Assembly: GCA_016214555.1 (NCBI GenBank)
Contig: JACROF010000012.1
Coordinates: 4,343-68,342, forward strand
From: Candidatus Levyibacteriota bacterium
Lineage (GTDB): Bacteria > Patescibacteriota > Microgenomatia > Levybacterales > UBA12049
Direction of reading: 5' to 3'
DNA: 64,000 nucleotides
Made by a program: the position numbers and the translations under genes. The notes beneath the pieces are model-generated. The model did not search any database and was not told the origin of the DNA. It saw nothing but the letters and a program-made list of their open reading frames with translations. Positions 20,453-29,539 of this stretch are shown one piece after another. Position 1 is the stretch's first letter, and every line of letters begins with the position of its first letter.

Positions 20453-21843
20453 AATGATTTTTTACCAAGGTGGAGCAGGAAGAAACCAGTGCTTAATATG
20501 ATTACAGAGATTATACCTGAAAAAAGGAGCATTGGACTTCCAGGATTTTCCTCAGGCGGAGGAACACTTTGTGTTAGAAGTGCCGTGGGGACTGGCGATG
20601 TGGGCGTTGGTGAGTGTGTAGGACTCGGAGAAGATGATGGCGCAAGGGTTGGGCTAGGTGTTGGTGTCTGCACTTTAGGAGTAGGAGTAATTGTAGGAGA
20701 GGGGATGACAGAAGGTTCAACAAACTGACTGCCTTCAGCAAAAACAGTAAAGGACCGGGTAATTGTTTGAAGAATGCCGTCTTTATTTTTTGTTTTAATA
20801 GTGATTGTATGTTCACCAGGTGAAAGCTTGGTGTCTGGTCGATAGGACCATGTGCCTCCTGTCCCAGATTTGATTGTCGTTGTGATTTGCTCATCAGAGT
20901 GTATTTCAATCTGAATTTCACTGTTGGGAAGTGCTGTGCCTTCGAATGTTGGTTGGTTATCATGAAGGGGCTCCTCTTTTTCAGGAGATAGGATAGTTGG
21001 GTTACCAGATGTTGATACCTCAGTTGCGCTAAATGAAGGGAATGAGCTTGAAGTATCAGCTGATGAAGATGCAATAGGCGCAGTATGCTGTTCAGCTTCG
21101 GATGTAAAGTCGTAGGAATTTGTTATGGTAACAGGCGGAACGGGGTTAATTTGACTTGGCAAAACGGAGACAGTAGCTTTTCCTTGTGGACTAACTGCGA
21201 GAAGTTTGATGATGCTTTGTGTTCCAAATTTACTATATGAGAGAAAATCTTTCTTTCTGAGAGCATTCAGCGGCATGATAAAGGTCCCATCTTTTTTTGT
21301 TAGTACAGAGAACGTTTGCGTGTCATCACTGACTAAAAATACTATAGTGTTGTTATCTGAGGACCCATCAGGATAGTTAACAGTTCCAACGATCGGCTGT
21401 TGTGAGTTCGGACTTTCAGATAAATGCATTAATGTTTTAATGGCAAATGGTTTTCCTTTATCTAAGAATGTTTTATCTGAGGAAGTAATTGAAAAATAAT
21501 ACTGCGTATTAGGCTCTAAATTTTTAACAGTAATATGATGAATAGAATAAGGCTGTGGAATTCCTGACTGTTGATCTCTGTCATCTAATGCAACTTTTCC
21601 ACCAGACGAAGTTTTTCCATACCCTAGACTTCCTAAGACACTATCTTTGGTTATGTAGGAAACAGTGAAAGACGAGTCTGTTAGGTTAGTTATTCTGATT
21701 TCTTCAGGGGAATATGTTGGAGATGCCTTCGTCAGAAAGAAAACTCCATGGTTAACAGCGTAGTTGAATATGAAAATACCAAATCCAATAAGAATGAGGC
21801 CTAATAGTGTTGGGATTCTTTTATACAACAATGATCCTTGCAT
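20449..21843 (-). CDS. membrane-anchored surface protein with FN3-like and Ig-like domains and PT-rich linker
   Basis: N-terminal TM/signal anchor; purple-acid-phosphatase-N/FN3-like segment (RITNLTDSSFTVSY...NLEPNTQYYFSI); Ig-like segment; PT-rich linker; C-terminal TM helix. Confidence 0.55.
   Translation of the reverse strand: MQGSLLYKRIPTLLGLILIGFGIFIFNYAVNHGVFFLTKASPTYSPEEIRITNLTDSSFTVSYITKDSVLGSLGYGKTSSGGKVALDDRDQQSGIPQPYSIHHITVKNLEPNTQYYFSITSSDKTFLDKGKPFAIKTLMHLSESPNSQQPIVGTVNYPDGSSDNNTIVFLVSDDTQTFSVLTKKDGTFIMPLNALRKKDFLSYSKFGTQSIIKLLAVSPQGKATVSVLPSQINPVPPVTITNSYDFTSEAEQHTAPIASSSADTSSSFPSFSATEVSTSGNPTILSPEKEEPLHDNQPTFEGTALPNSEIQIEIHSDEQITTTIKSGTGGTWSYRPDTKLSPGEHTITIKTKNKDGILQTITRSFTVFAEGSQFVEPSVIPSPTITPTPKVQTPTPSPTLAPSSSPSPTHSPTPTSPVPTALLTQSVPPPEENPGSPMLLFSGIISVIILSTGFFLLHLGKKSL
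20580..20705 (-). repeat. low-complexity Pro/Thr/Ser-rich linker coding region within the surface protein gene
   Basis: encodes SPTITPTPKVQTPTPSPTLAPSSSPSPTHSPTPTSPVPT; generates spurious ORFs in other frames. Confidence 0.6.
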
Positions 21844-21844
21844 A

Positions 21845-22165
21845 TTATATTGCTCCTTCTACTGCAGAGTCAGAAGCAGTTGGCTCTAAGTCAGGTACTA
21901 GTTCGCTTGTAGGAGAAGCATCTGGTGTGTCTTGTTCAGATTGATTCCCAAGGCTGAAGTCAGCCAAAATAGCATCTCTTTTTTTAAGGTCATCAATAAC
22001 ACTTGCATCAAAGGTGGATGAGATAGGTGTGATAAGAAGGCTTTGAGGTTTGGTAAGGGTTGAATTGACTGCTTTACTATAAATTCCCAAGATGATCCAT
22101 ACAAGTATAACAAATGCAGAAGGGATAAGAATATAAAGTAAATTTTTTTGTTGTTGTGGTTTCAT
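21845..22165 (-). CDS. small single-pass membrane protein (possible pilus assembly accessory, PilP-like position)
   Basis: 106 aa; N-terminal TM helix then acidic/Ser-rich tail; sits directly downstream of pilO-like gene. Confidence 0.3.
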   Translation of the reverse strand: MKPQQQKNLLYILIPSAFVILVWIILGIYSKAVNSTLTKPQSLLITPISSTFDASVIDDLKKRDAILADFSLGNQSEQDTPDASPTSELVPDLEPTASDSAVEGAI

Positions 22166-22166
22166 A

Positions 22167-22793
22167 TTATGGTTGATAGTATGCGCTTGCCTGAATGATT
22201 AGCTTTAACTCTCCAGACTTTTGATCTGCAGGAACAGTGAGTGTTAAAGAGGTGATGGTAATAATTCTCTCTATGTTGACAATATCTTCGTAGAATGACT
22301 CCATATCTGATAATTTTCCTTGGATGGTAAGTGCGATAGGTATTTCCTGAAGTGTACTAGACATTTTTTTATGAGTAGCTAGTTCGACAGATTGTGTTTG
22401 TAGCTGTGTAAGAGTGACGTTATTTGTTGATGCAATTGTTCGGAGTTGACCAGCAAGTTTTGTTAGTTCTGCAGATGTAGGAACAGCTTTGTATAAAATA
22501 GGAAGCTGCGAAGACAAGGGTTGGTATGCCTGGTCAAGAAGTGTCATATTGGCAATTTTTGTTTGGAGTTGTTTATCAAGGTATTTGTTGTCTTCAAGCG
22601 TTTTTTTAAGTTCAGAGATGGTTGAAAGCGTTGGACTTATAGCAAAAATACCAAAAAACATACAAGCAGTAATAGTCAAAATAAGCGTTGCATACGTCTG
22701 AACTTTTTCCTCGTGAATATTTGGAAGTGAACGAATATATTTTAGGTAACGCTCTTTTGAAAGCTTACTGAGAAGTTCTGGAGTAATTTTCAT
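22167..22793 (-). CDS. type IV pilus assembly protein PilO-like
   Basis: 208 aa; cytoplasmic N-terminus, single TM, coiled-coil, C-terminal beta-rich domain; 4-nt overlap with the pilN-like gene. Confidence 0.45.
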   Translation of the reverse strand: MKITPELLSKLSKERYLKYIRSLPNIHEEKVQTYATLILTITACMFFGIFAISPTLSTISELKKTLEDNKYLDKQLQTKIANMTLLDQAYQPLSSQLPILYKAVPTSAELTKLAGQLRTIASTNNVTLTQLQTQSVELATHKKMSSTLQEIPIALTIQGKLSDMESFYEDIVNIERIITITSLTLTVPADQKSGELKLIIQASAYYQP

Positions 22794-23362
22794 TGCTTAG
22801 CCCCCTTTTCACCTTCTAACTTACTTTTCCCCAGGACTCCAGATGAGATTACGGCTGCAATTTGCGCTGTCGTTGATTTATTTTCAATTCTATCGATACT
22901 TACCTCAGATAGCTCTTTTTTTTCTTGAATACCTCCTACGAAATCTCTCAAATTTTTTATATCAAAAGCAACTAATTCAATATGGAGAGAATTATTGCTT
23001 ACAGACATACTTTTAATAGAAATGTTATTTTTTTGCGCAAGCAATGTTATGTCTTCTAAGAGAAGGGGAAGAAAAGCAACATCGGTGTTAAGCTTCTTGG
23101 TTTGAAGAAGCCTTTCTTGCAATTGGCGATATGAGTCTTCTTGTTCTTTGAAAGTTTCTACAATTCTTGTTTTTGCTTTAATTTTGTCATGAAGGTCGAT
23201 GATTTGACGATCAAGCGTAAAACGATAGAGAAAAGCGGCAAGCGCAATCGTTTCTGTAAGAATGACTAAAAATCTTCCGCCAGTAATTGCCCATTTAATA
23301 AAAACATCAAGGGAGGGAGTGCCCTTTTTTTTAAGAAGATTGATTGTTAGTTGTTTGGTCAT
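22790..23362 (-). CDS. type IV pilus assembly protein PilN-like
   Basis: 190 aa; N-terminal LTINLLKKK (INLLP-like PilN motif) followed by TM helix and coiled coil. Confidence 0.55.
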   Translation of the reverse strand: MTKQLTINLLKKKGTPSLDVFIKWAITGGRFLVILTETIALAAFLYRFTLDRQIIDLHDKIKAKTRIVETFKEQEDSYRQLQERLLQTKKLNTDVAFLPLLLEDITLLAQKNNISIKSMSVSNNSLHIELVAFDIKNLRDFVGGIQEKKELSEVSIDRIENKSTTAQIAAVISSGVLGKSKLEGEKGAKQ

Positions 23363-23537
23363 GGCAGGCAGATTGTGTTTAACAACACAAACACAGCCGA
23401 CAGATAATCAGCCTTATCTCAGTCTAAGATCTTTTTCCTTAAAAGTAAAGAAAAACACTTTTTATTTCATGCTAGAAATAGGCGCAAAATTGTGTTATAC
23501 TTTCTTTGTCCCGAATAGATACGGGATTTTTCTTTCT

Positions 23538-25646
23538 ATGGCAGATACACAACGACAGGTACCACTTGATAAAATCCGAAATATCGGAATTATTGCTCAT
23601 ATTGACGCAGGTAAAACAACAACTACCGAGCGTATTCTTTTCTATACAGGCCGAACTTATAAGATCGGAGATATCGATGAAGGGAACACGCAAATGGATT
23701 GGATGGAACAGGAGAAAGAACGCGGAATTACTATTGTTTCAGCTGCGACTACTACTTTCTGGAAGGATCATCGCATCAATATAATTGATACTCCTGGCCA
23801 TGTTGATTTTACCGCAGAAGTAGAACGTTCTTTAAGAGTTCTTGATGGAGGCATTACCGTGCTGGATGCAGAAGAGGGAGTGCAGTCTCAGTCAGAAACT
23901 GTTTGGCGTCAAGCTGATAAATATAAAGTTCCTCGTATCTGTTTTGTCAACAAAATGGATAAATTAGGCGCAGACTTTCTTGCAACAGTAAAAAGTATTG
24001 AAGATCGACTTGGTGCAAATCCGGCAATTATGGTTCTTCCTATTGGTGCAGAAAGTACGTATGTAGGAAATGTTGATCTTTTGACAAGACAATCAATCCG
24101 TTGGAGCTCTGAAGAGCTTGGAGCAAAGTTTGACCTTTCAGACGAAATTCCCTCCGATATGAAAGATCAGGTAGAAGAGTATAGAGCAAAACTTATTGAA
24201 AAAATTGCTGAGACAGATGATGCACTTTTGGAAAAATATCTTGGCGGAGAAGAGCCTTCAATTGACGAGCTCAAGAAAGCTCTCCGTGCGGCAGTTATCG
24301 CCTACAAACTTGTTCCTATTTATGCTGGAACTTCGCTTCGCAATAAAGGAGTTCAGCCACTTTTGGATGCGGTTGTTGATTTTCTCCCCTCCCCTGTTGA
24401 TCTTAAAGAGGTTACAGGAGTTCATCCCAAAACAGGAGAGCCAGAAGTAAGACAGCTTGTTCCAGATGCTTCATTTAGCGGTCTTGCATTTAAGATCCAA
24501 AACGATCCTCATGTAGGAAAATTGACCTATTTCCGTGTTTATTCAGGAAAAATTGAAGCTGGATCCTATGTATATAACAGCACAAAGGGAGTTAAAGAGC
24601 GCGTAGGAAGACTTCTTATGATGCATGCAAATCAGCGTGAGGAGATAAAAGAAGGATTTGCTGGAGAAATCGTTGCTGTCGTTGGCCTAAAAGATACAGG
24701 AACTGGTGATACATTGTGCGACGAGACAAAGCAGATTGTTTTGGAAAAAATTTCGTTTCCTGAGCCTGTTATATCCCTTGCTATTGAACCTCAAACAAAA
24801 TCTGATCAGGAAAAACTTGGTTATGCCCTTAAAAGACTTACTGAGGAAGATCCAACATTTTCTGTTAAAAGCAATCATGAAACAGGACAGACGATTATTT
24901 CAGGTATTGGAGAATTGCAGCTTGAGGTTATGGTGGATCGCATGAAGAGGGAGTTTAATGTGCTTGCAAATGTTGGTGCGCCGCAAGTTGCGTACAAAGA
25001 AACATTTACAGAAAAGGTAGAGGCTGAGGGTAAATATATTCGCCAATCAGGAGGAAGAGGACAATTCGGACATTGTTGGCTTCGTATAGAGCCAAAAACT
25101 CGTGGAGAAGGAAATGAATTTGTGAGCGAAATTAAAGGAGGAGCTATTCCTGCGGAATTTGTTAAAGCTGTTGAAAAAGGAGTTTGGGAGACGCTTGAAA
25201 ATGGCGTTCTTCTTGGATATCCAGTCGTTGATGTAAAAATTGCGTGCTATGATGGCTCATTCCACGAAGTAGACTCAAGTGAGGTTGCATTTAAGATTGC
25301 AGCAAGTCAGGCGATTCAGGCTGCATCTAAAAAATCCCAAATGAATTTACTTGAGCCTATTATGAAGGTTGAGGTTACAACACCCTCTGAGTATATGGGA
25401 GATGTGATGGGAGATCTTTCAAGTAAGCGTGGGCAAATCGTTGGAACAGAAGAAAGGTCGCGAGCAACGATCATTAATGCGCTTGTACCCCTTGCTGAGC
25501 TCTCAGGCTATGCAACTCAAATTAGGTCGATGTCTCAGGGGCGAGCATCTTATTACATGGAGCCAAGCCATTATGATATCGTTCCAAGAAATATCGTTGA
25601 GCAAATGCTTGCTAAATCCACCTTCACAGGCCGTGTTGAAGCATAA
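23538..25646 (+). CDS. fusA: translation elongation factor G
   Basis: [38 protein letters not shown]...DTPGHVDF...NKMD; about 703 aa from ATG at 23538; the ORF-track start at 23262 is an upstream in-frame extension. Confidence 0.9.
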   Translation: MADTQRQVPLDKIRNIGIIAHIDAGKTTTTERILFYTGRTYKIGDIDEGNTQMDWMEQEKERGITIVSAATTTFWKDHRINIIDTPGHVDFTAEVERSLRVLDGGITVLDAEEGVQSQSETVWRQADKYKVPRICFVNKMDKLGADFLATVKSIEDRLGANPAIMVLPIGAESTYVGNVDLLTRQSIRWSSEELGAKFDLSDEIPSDMKDQVEEYRAKLIEKIAETDDALLEKYLGGEEPSIDELKKALRAAVIAYKLVPIYAGTSLRNKGVQPLLDAVVDFLPSPVDLKEVTGVHPKTGEPEVRQLVPDASFSGLAFKIQNDPHVGKLTYFRVYSGKIEAGSYVYNSTKGVKERVGRLLMMHANQREEIKEGFAGEIVAVVGLKDTGTGDTLCDETKQIVLEKISFPEPVISLAIEPQTKSDQEKLGYALKRLTEEDPTFSVKSNHETGQTIISGIGELQLEVMVDRMKREFNVLANVGAPQVAYKETFTEKVEAEGKYIRQSGGRGQFGHCWLRIEPKTRGEGNEFVSEIKGGAIPAEFVKAVEKGVWETLENGVLLGYPVVDVKIACYDGSFHEVDSSEVAFKIAASQAIQAASKKSQMNLLEPIMKVEVTTPSEYMGDVMGDLSSKRGQIVGTEERSRATIINALVPLAELSGYATQIRSMSQGRASYYMEPSHYDIVPRNIVEQMLAKSTFTGRVEA

Positions 25647-25713
25647 TCCCTCCCTTGACCCTACTCTTTAGCTTCCTTGAGTTTTGATATAAAATAGTAT
25701 ATAAATCACCTTT

Positions 25714-26370
25714 ATGAAAAAAGTTATGGGTATTTTTGCTCATCCCGACGATGAGGCGCTTGGCCCTGCCGGTACTCTTGCAACATTTGCAAAAGATAAT
25801 GATGTTTATCTTATCTGCGTGACAAGTGGTGAGGCAGCGGGTAAAACAAAAGAGGAGAAATTACTCATTGGAGAGATAAGACGAAATGAGCTTCTCAGGT
25901 CGGCAAAGATATTGGGGATTAAGGATGTTTTTTTCTTGGGATACGAAGATGGTGAATTAAAAAATAACATATACCATCAGCTTGCAGATGATATAGCTAA
26001 AAAAATTGAGGAGATAAGACCAGAAATTCTTTTAACGTTTGATCTTAAAGGAGTGTCAGGACATATTGATCATATTACCGTGTCTTTTGTTACAACCTTC
26101 GTGTTTAAAAAGTATTCTTTTATTAAAAAGTTGATGTATTATGTGACCACCAAGGCAAAGAGTGATCGAATGCAGGATTATTTTATCCATTTCCCAAAAG
26201 GCTACGAAAGACAGGAAGTGGACGAGGTTATTAGTGTTGAAAATGTCTGGGAAACTAAAGTGAAAGCAATGCATTGTCACGTTTCACAAATGAAAGATGT
26301 GGAATCAGTTTTAAAAGGAGCGAAAGATTCCCCTAAAGAAGAATATTTCCTCATTGATGAAAAATTATAG
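25714..26370 (+). CDS. PIG-L/LmbE-family N-acetylglucosaminyl deacetylase
   Basis: N-terminal AHPDDEALGPAG motif and downstream HIDH of the LmbE-like metal site. Confidence 0.7.
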   Translation: MKKVMGIFAHPDDEALGPAGTLATFAKDNDVYLICVTSGEAAGKTKEEKLLIGEIRRNELLRSAKILGIKDVFFLGYEDGELKNNIYHQLADDIAKKIEEIRPEILLTFDLKGVSGHIDHITVSFVTTFVFKKYSFIKKLMYYVTTKAKSDRMQDYFIHFPKGYERQEVDEVISVENVWETKVKAMHCHVSQMKDVESVLKGAKDSPKEEYFLIDEKL

Positions 26371-26394
26371 TTGTATTCACGTATAATGTGATAC

Positions 26395-27489
26395 ATGACT
26401 AAAACTTTTTTTCTTGTTATTTCCATTCTTGCGATCATACTTTTGGGAGGAGTTGTTGGTATTCGTTATTTCAAAAATAGCATTAATACTCTTTTTGTCC
26501 AAAGTGCAAATCAAAAACTTATTGCTCCCTCCCCTACTCCTATTGGCCCTGTTGCTCAAAAAATTCACGAGACACTTTTTGTTCCCTATTGGAGCTTTTC
26601 TGATAACTCTGAGGATATAGGATCGCACGCAACAGTTGTCTATTTTGGGTTAGGGGTCAATAGTCATGGAGTTGTCACAAGTGATGAGGGGTATAAGAAG
26701 CTCCCATCATTTGTGAGTTTAACAAAGGGAAGCAAGAAAATTCTTGCGGTAAGAATGACAGATACAAGCTCAAATACCAATATTCTTAAGGATAAAAAAG
26801 CTCAGGAAACCATTGTCTCAGAAGTAATCACTATTGCACGAGACAATGGATTTGACGGAATACTTCTTAATATTGAGGTGTCAGCACTTCCTTTCACATC
26901 GCTTATTAATCAAATAACAGCGTTTAATACTCTTTTTGCAGACAGATCTCACGCAGGCAATTTAACATATAGCATTACTGCGTATGGAGACACGTTTTAT
27001 CGAGCAAGGCCATTTGATATGAAAAAGCTTGGAGAAAAAGCTGATCATGTCTATGTGATGGCGTATGACTTTCATAAAGCAAAAGGAAATCCAGGCCCTA
27101 ATTTCCCTCTCAAAGGGAACGATGTCTATGGGTATGATATGGAAAGGATGATTAATAACTTTGCCAACGTGGTTGATCTTAAAAAGCTAGTTGTTATTTT
27201 TGGTATGTATGGATATGACTGGGTAGTTGATGAGAAAGATGTGGCTCAGGAGATAGGTGCCCCTTTGAGTCTTTTGGAGGTTTCATCAGGAATTGTTGAT
27301 AATTGTAATCATGATTTGTGTAGTTGGGAGAGGGATGGTATTTCCTCTGAGACGAAAGCTGTGTATGAGGATGAAGGACAAAAACATGTAGTATGGTTTG
27401 AGGATAAAGAATCTGTGAAAAGAAAACAAGAATTTCTCAAGCAACATGGCATTGGGGAGTTTGCTTATTGGGCGTATTCCTATTTTTGA
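26395..27489 (+). CDS. membrane-anchored glycoside hydrolase family 18-like protein with degenerate catalytic motif
   Basis: N-terminal TM; FDGILLNIEV in place of DGxDxDWE (Glu kept, two Asp replaced); VMAYDFHKAKG resembles GH18 MxYDxxG motif. Confidence 0.5.
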   Translation: MTKTFFLVISILAIILLGGVVGIRYFKNSINTLFVQSANQKLIAPSPTPIGPVAQKIHETLFVPYWSFSDNSEDIGSHATVVYFGLGVNSHGVVTSDEGYKKLPSFVSLTKGSKKILAVRMTDTSSNTNILKDKKAQETIVSEVITIARDNGFDGILLNIEVSALPFTSLINQITAFNTLFADRSHAGNLTYSITAYGDTFYRARPFDMKKLGEKADHVYVMAYDFHKAKGNPGPNFPLKGNDVYGYDMERMINNFANVVDLKKLVVIFGMYGYDWVVDEKDVAQEIGAPLSLLEVSSGIVDNCNHDLCSWERDGISSETKAVYEDEGQKHVVWFEDKESVKRKQEFLKQHGIGEFAYWAYSYF

Positions 27490-27500
27490 TTAAAAAAAAT

Positions 27501-27530
27501 CCCCGCCTGTATCAATTGACACAGACGGGG
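27501..27530 (-). terminator. GC-rich hairpin (CCCCGCCTGT/ACAGACGGGG, 9 of 10 bp) followed by T-run on the minus strand
   Basis: lies between convergent stops (27489 plus strand, 27539 minus strand); the A8 run at 27492-27499 reads as T8 on the minus strand. Confidence 0.6.
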
Positions 27531-27538
27531 CGTGAGGC

Positions 27539-28576
27539 TTACAAGACCAATGCATAGTCTTGACGAAAGCTATCAAACGCAGCAATTGCGATTGAGAGAG
27601 TCCGATCGTCTAGACACACATGGTCGCACAACATCATGGTGCGAAAGCCAGCGTTATAGAGATAGGCAAGTTCCGAAAAATCAGCACATTCAGGTGTGTC
27701 CTGGGGTTCTCCAGTGATTGGGTTTTTTTGCCCCAAGGAAAGGAAGATTCGTGAACCAACACAGGCCTCGGGATCTTTTTGAATAATCTCCTCAAGTGCT
27801 TGAAGAATGTGATGAGGGCGAGGAAGCTCAACATAGAGGTCTCCCCGTGCCGCCATCAATCTGACGTTTGGCTGTGGCTTAAAGCTCTTTCTGACATAGG
27901 TCATTCCCTTTGGTGACTCAATCTTGAGCATGACTGTTGCGTCGTGCCCAACAAGATCTAGGAATTGCCCTACGTCCTCCTCAGACTCTACATAGGAAAG
28001 AAAGAATCTTGTGAATCCTGCAGCCTTCACCATCTCAATTTTTTCAAGTTCCAGGTCTGTGAAGAGTGGTCCTTGAATTGAGAGGCTAGCATTGCGGATG
28101 CACATCGAGTCGCCTGGTACGACTTCAGATCGAGGTCCATATCGTTTGCCAGGTGCAAAAATTAGCCTCTTACCGTCATCTGCGATAGCTATGAGGATTG
28201 CATGATCTGATCCAGATTTGAGCTCTACTGGAATACCACGGGCTGGATCGACATTTAGAGAGATAGGGTGATTGAGGGTGACTTCCAAATGCGTTGGATA
28301 GTCATGCACCTCTGCAACCCGAATCTGCCGACTTTTGATGTCATACCACATAGGGACAGTGGAATATGTCTTGCGAAGGACCTCAAGGTCCTTCGCAAGA
28401 TCAGAAGGGTTGACCATCGGCCTATTGAGGCGGATGCCGCTTAGGCGATGGTCAGTTGCAAATGTGGCAAAATGCGGCATTGTTGGCCACAAAGTTGCCA
28501 TGAGATCCAGCCTCTCAGGAGTCATAGGAAAATCCTGAGGCTGTGTCTTAAAAAGGTCGAGAAACCGGTTTGGCAT
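27539..28576 (-). CDS. pyruvate-kinase-like (PK barrel) protein with about 120-aa N-terminal extension
   Basis: VMLKIESPKGM and RLMAARGDLYVELP spaced exactly as PK KIEN...MVARGDLGVEIP (22 residues); downstream TMMLCDH resembles PK VMLSGE; start taken at MPNRF (ATG 28576-28574) after a GGAGG RBS; the ORF track extends to 28642. Confidence 0.5.
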   Translation of the reverse strand: MPNRFLDLFKTQPQDFPMTPERLDLMATLWPTMPHFATFATDHRLSGIRLNRPMVNPSDLAKDLEVLRKTYSTVPMWYDIKSRQIRVAEVHDYPTHLEVTLNHPISLNVDPARGIPVELKSGSDHAILIAIADDGKRLIFAPGKRYGPRSEVVPGDSMCIRNASLSIQGPLFTDLELEKIEMVKAAGFTRFFLSYVESEEDVGQFLDLVGHDATVMLKIESPKGMTYVRKSFKPQPNVRLMAARGDLYVELPRPHHILQALEEIIQKDPEACVGSRIFLSLGQKNPITGEPQDTPECADFSELAYLYNAGFRTMMLCDHVCLDDRTLSIAIAAFDSFRQDYALVL

Positions 28577-29537
28577 CTTCATCCTCCAAGAGCATGATCG
28601 ACTTTCCGCTATGATCGCGGGGATCACCAGGGGAGACAGCAAGAATTGTCTTGAGTGACCTGTATGCCGCCTCTACCTGTCCTGGTTTTTGTCGCTCATT
28701 GATCTCATCGTGATAAAAATCAACTTTACCGGTCTTTTTGGCGAAGATACCCAAAATGACATCAACGACTCGGTTGGGGTCACGAAGAATCGCGATGTGG
28801 TCCTCTCCCAGTAGCTTCACCCAGTCAGCATGAATTGCACTACTCTCCGGGTCTAGGGACTGCAGTGAATCAGCAGTCGAATGGCTATAGGGCTTTTGAA
28901 TGAAGTAGACATCGGAGTCTTTATTCAGCTTAGCAAAAAGCTCTGCTGTTGTGATTCGTTCTGTCGTGACCTTGGCAAATTGTTGCGCAAGTTTTGGGCT
29001 CACCTCGTCATATGGTGACTCGTCGCCAAGGAAAATAATGAGCGGTCTTGTCGCATTGGGCATTGAGACGTTGTGAGATACGTACAGTGCAGCGAGCTCA
29101 TAAGACTCAGTGGTTTTGGGGCCACCACCACCTTCATATTTCAATCGAGTTGGGTCGAGTTCCGCCTTGAGATCAGCGCCTTGTGCAAAGGCGTGTCCTT
29201 GAAGCGGATATTTGTCACAGGTTGCATCGCCAACAGCCATGAAAAGGATCTGGGCGTCATCATCAAAGTAGATCTGACGAGCGTAGGTGTCAAGCAGAGG
29301 TAGCTTGCCACGAATTGTGGCTGGCCACTCCTGCATTGATCCGGTGACGTCAATCACAACGATAATTGGGTGCCTACTTGTTGTAGTAATAGTTGCTGCA
29401 AGAAGAGATGAGGCAGATACCCCAGAGCTTACAGCACTGGAATAGCTCCGTCCAGCGTCAACAACGTAAGCGTTGCGTGCAGCAGTGAAATCGCTATCAT
29501 CTCTCCATTCTCTTGGAGTACTGATTGCACTTCCCAT
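28548..29537 (-). CDS. von Willebrand factor A (vWA) domain protein
   Basis: IIVVIDVTGSM MIDAS-type DxTGS motif at the start of an alpha/beta domain; 329 aa. Confidence 0.55.
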   Translation of the reverse strand: MGSAISTPREWRDDSDFTAARNAYVVDAGRSYSSAVSSGVSASSLLAATITTTSRHPIIVVIDVTGSMQEWPATIRGKLPLLDTYARQIYFDDDAQILFMAVGDATCDKYPLQGHAFAQGADLKAELDPTRLKYEGGGGPKTTESYELAALYVSHNVSMPNATRPLIIFLGDESPYDEVSPKLAQQFAKVTTERITTAELFAKLNKDSDVYFIQKPYSHSTADSLQSLDPESSAIHADWVKLLGEDHIAILRDPNRVVDVILGIFAKKTGKVDFYHDEINERQKPGQVEAAYRSLKTILAVSPGDPRDHSGKSIMLLEDEDAKPVSRPF

Positions 29538-29539
29538 CG

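Noticed and set aside
20489-21074. ORFs 20489..20728 (+) and 20574..21074 (-) inside the surface-protein gene
   Set aside because: Low-complexity translations (G/V-rich; L/Q/H-rich) generated by the PT-rich and repetitive coding region in alternative frames. The annotated minus-strand frame has recognisable FN3/Ig-like domains and TM anchors.
23262-23537. Upstream 92-codon extension of fusA in the ORF track
   Set aside because: EF-G homology begins at [17 protein letters not shown] (ATG 23538). The extension overlaps the pilN-like gene on the other strand and has no EF-G similarity.
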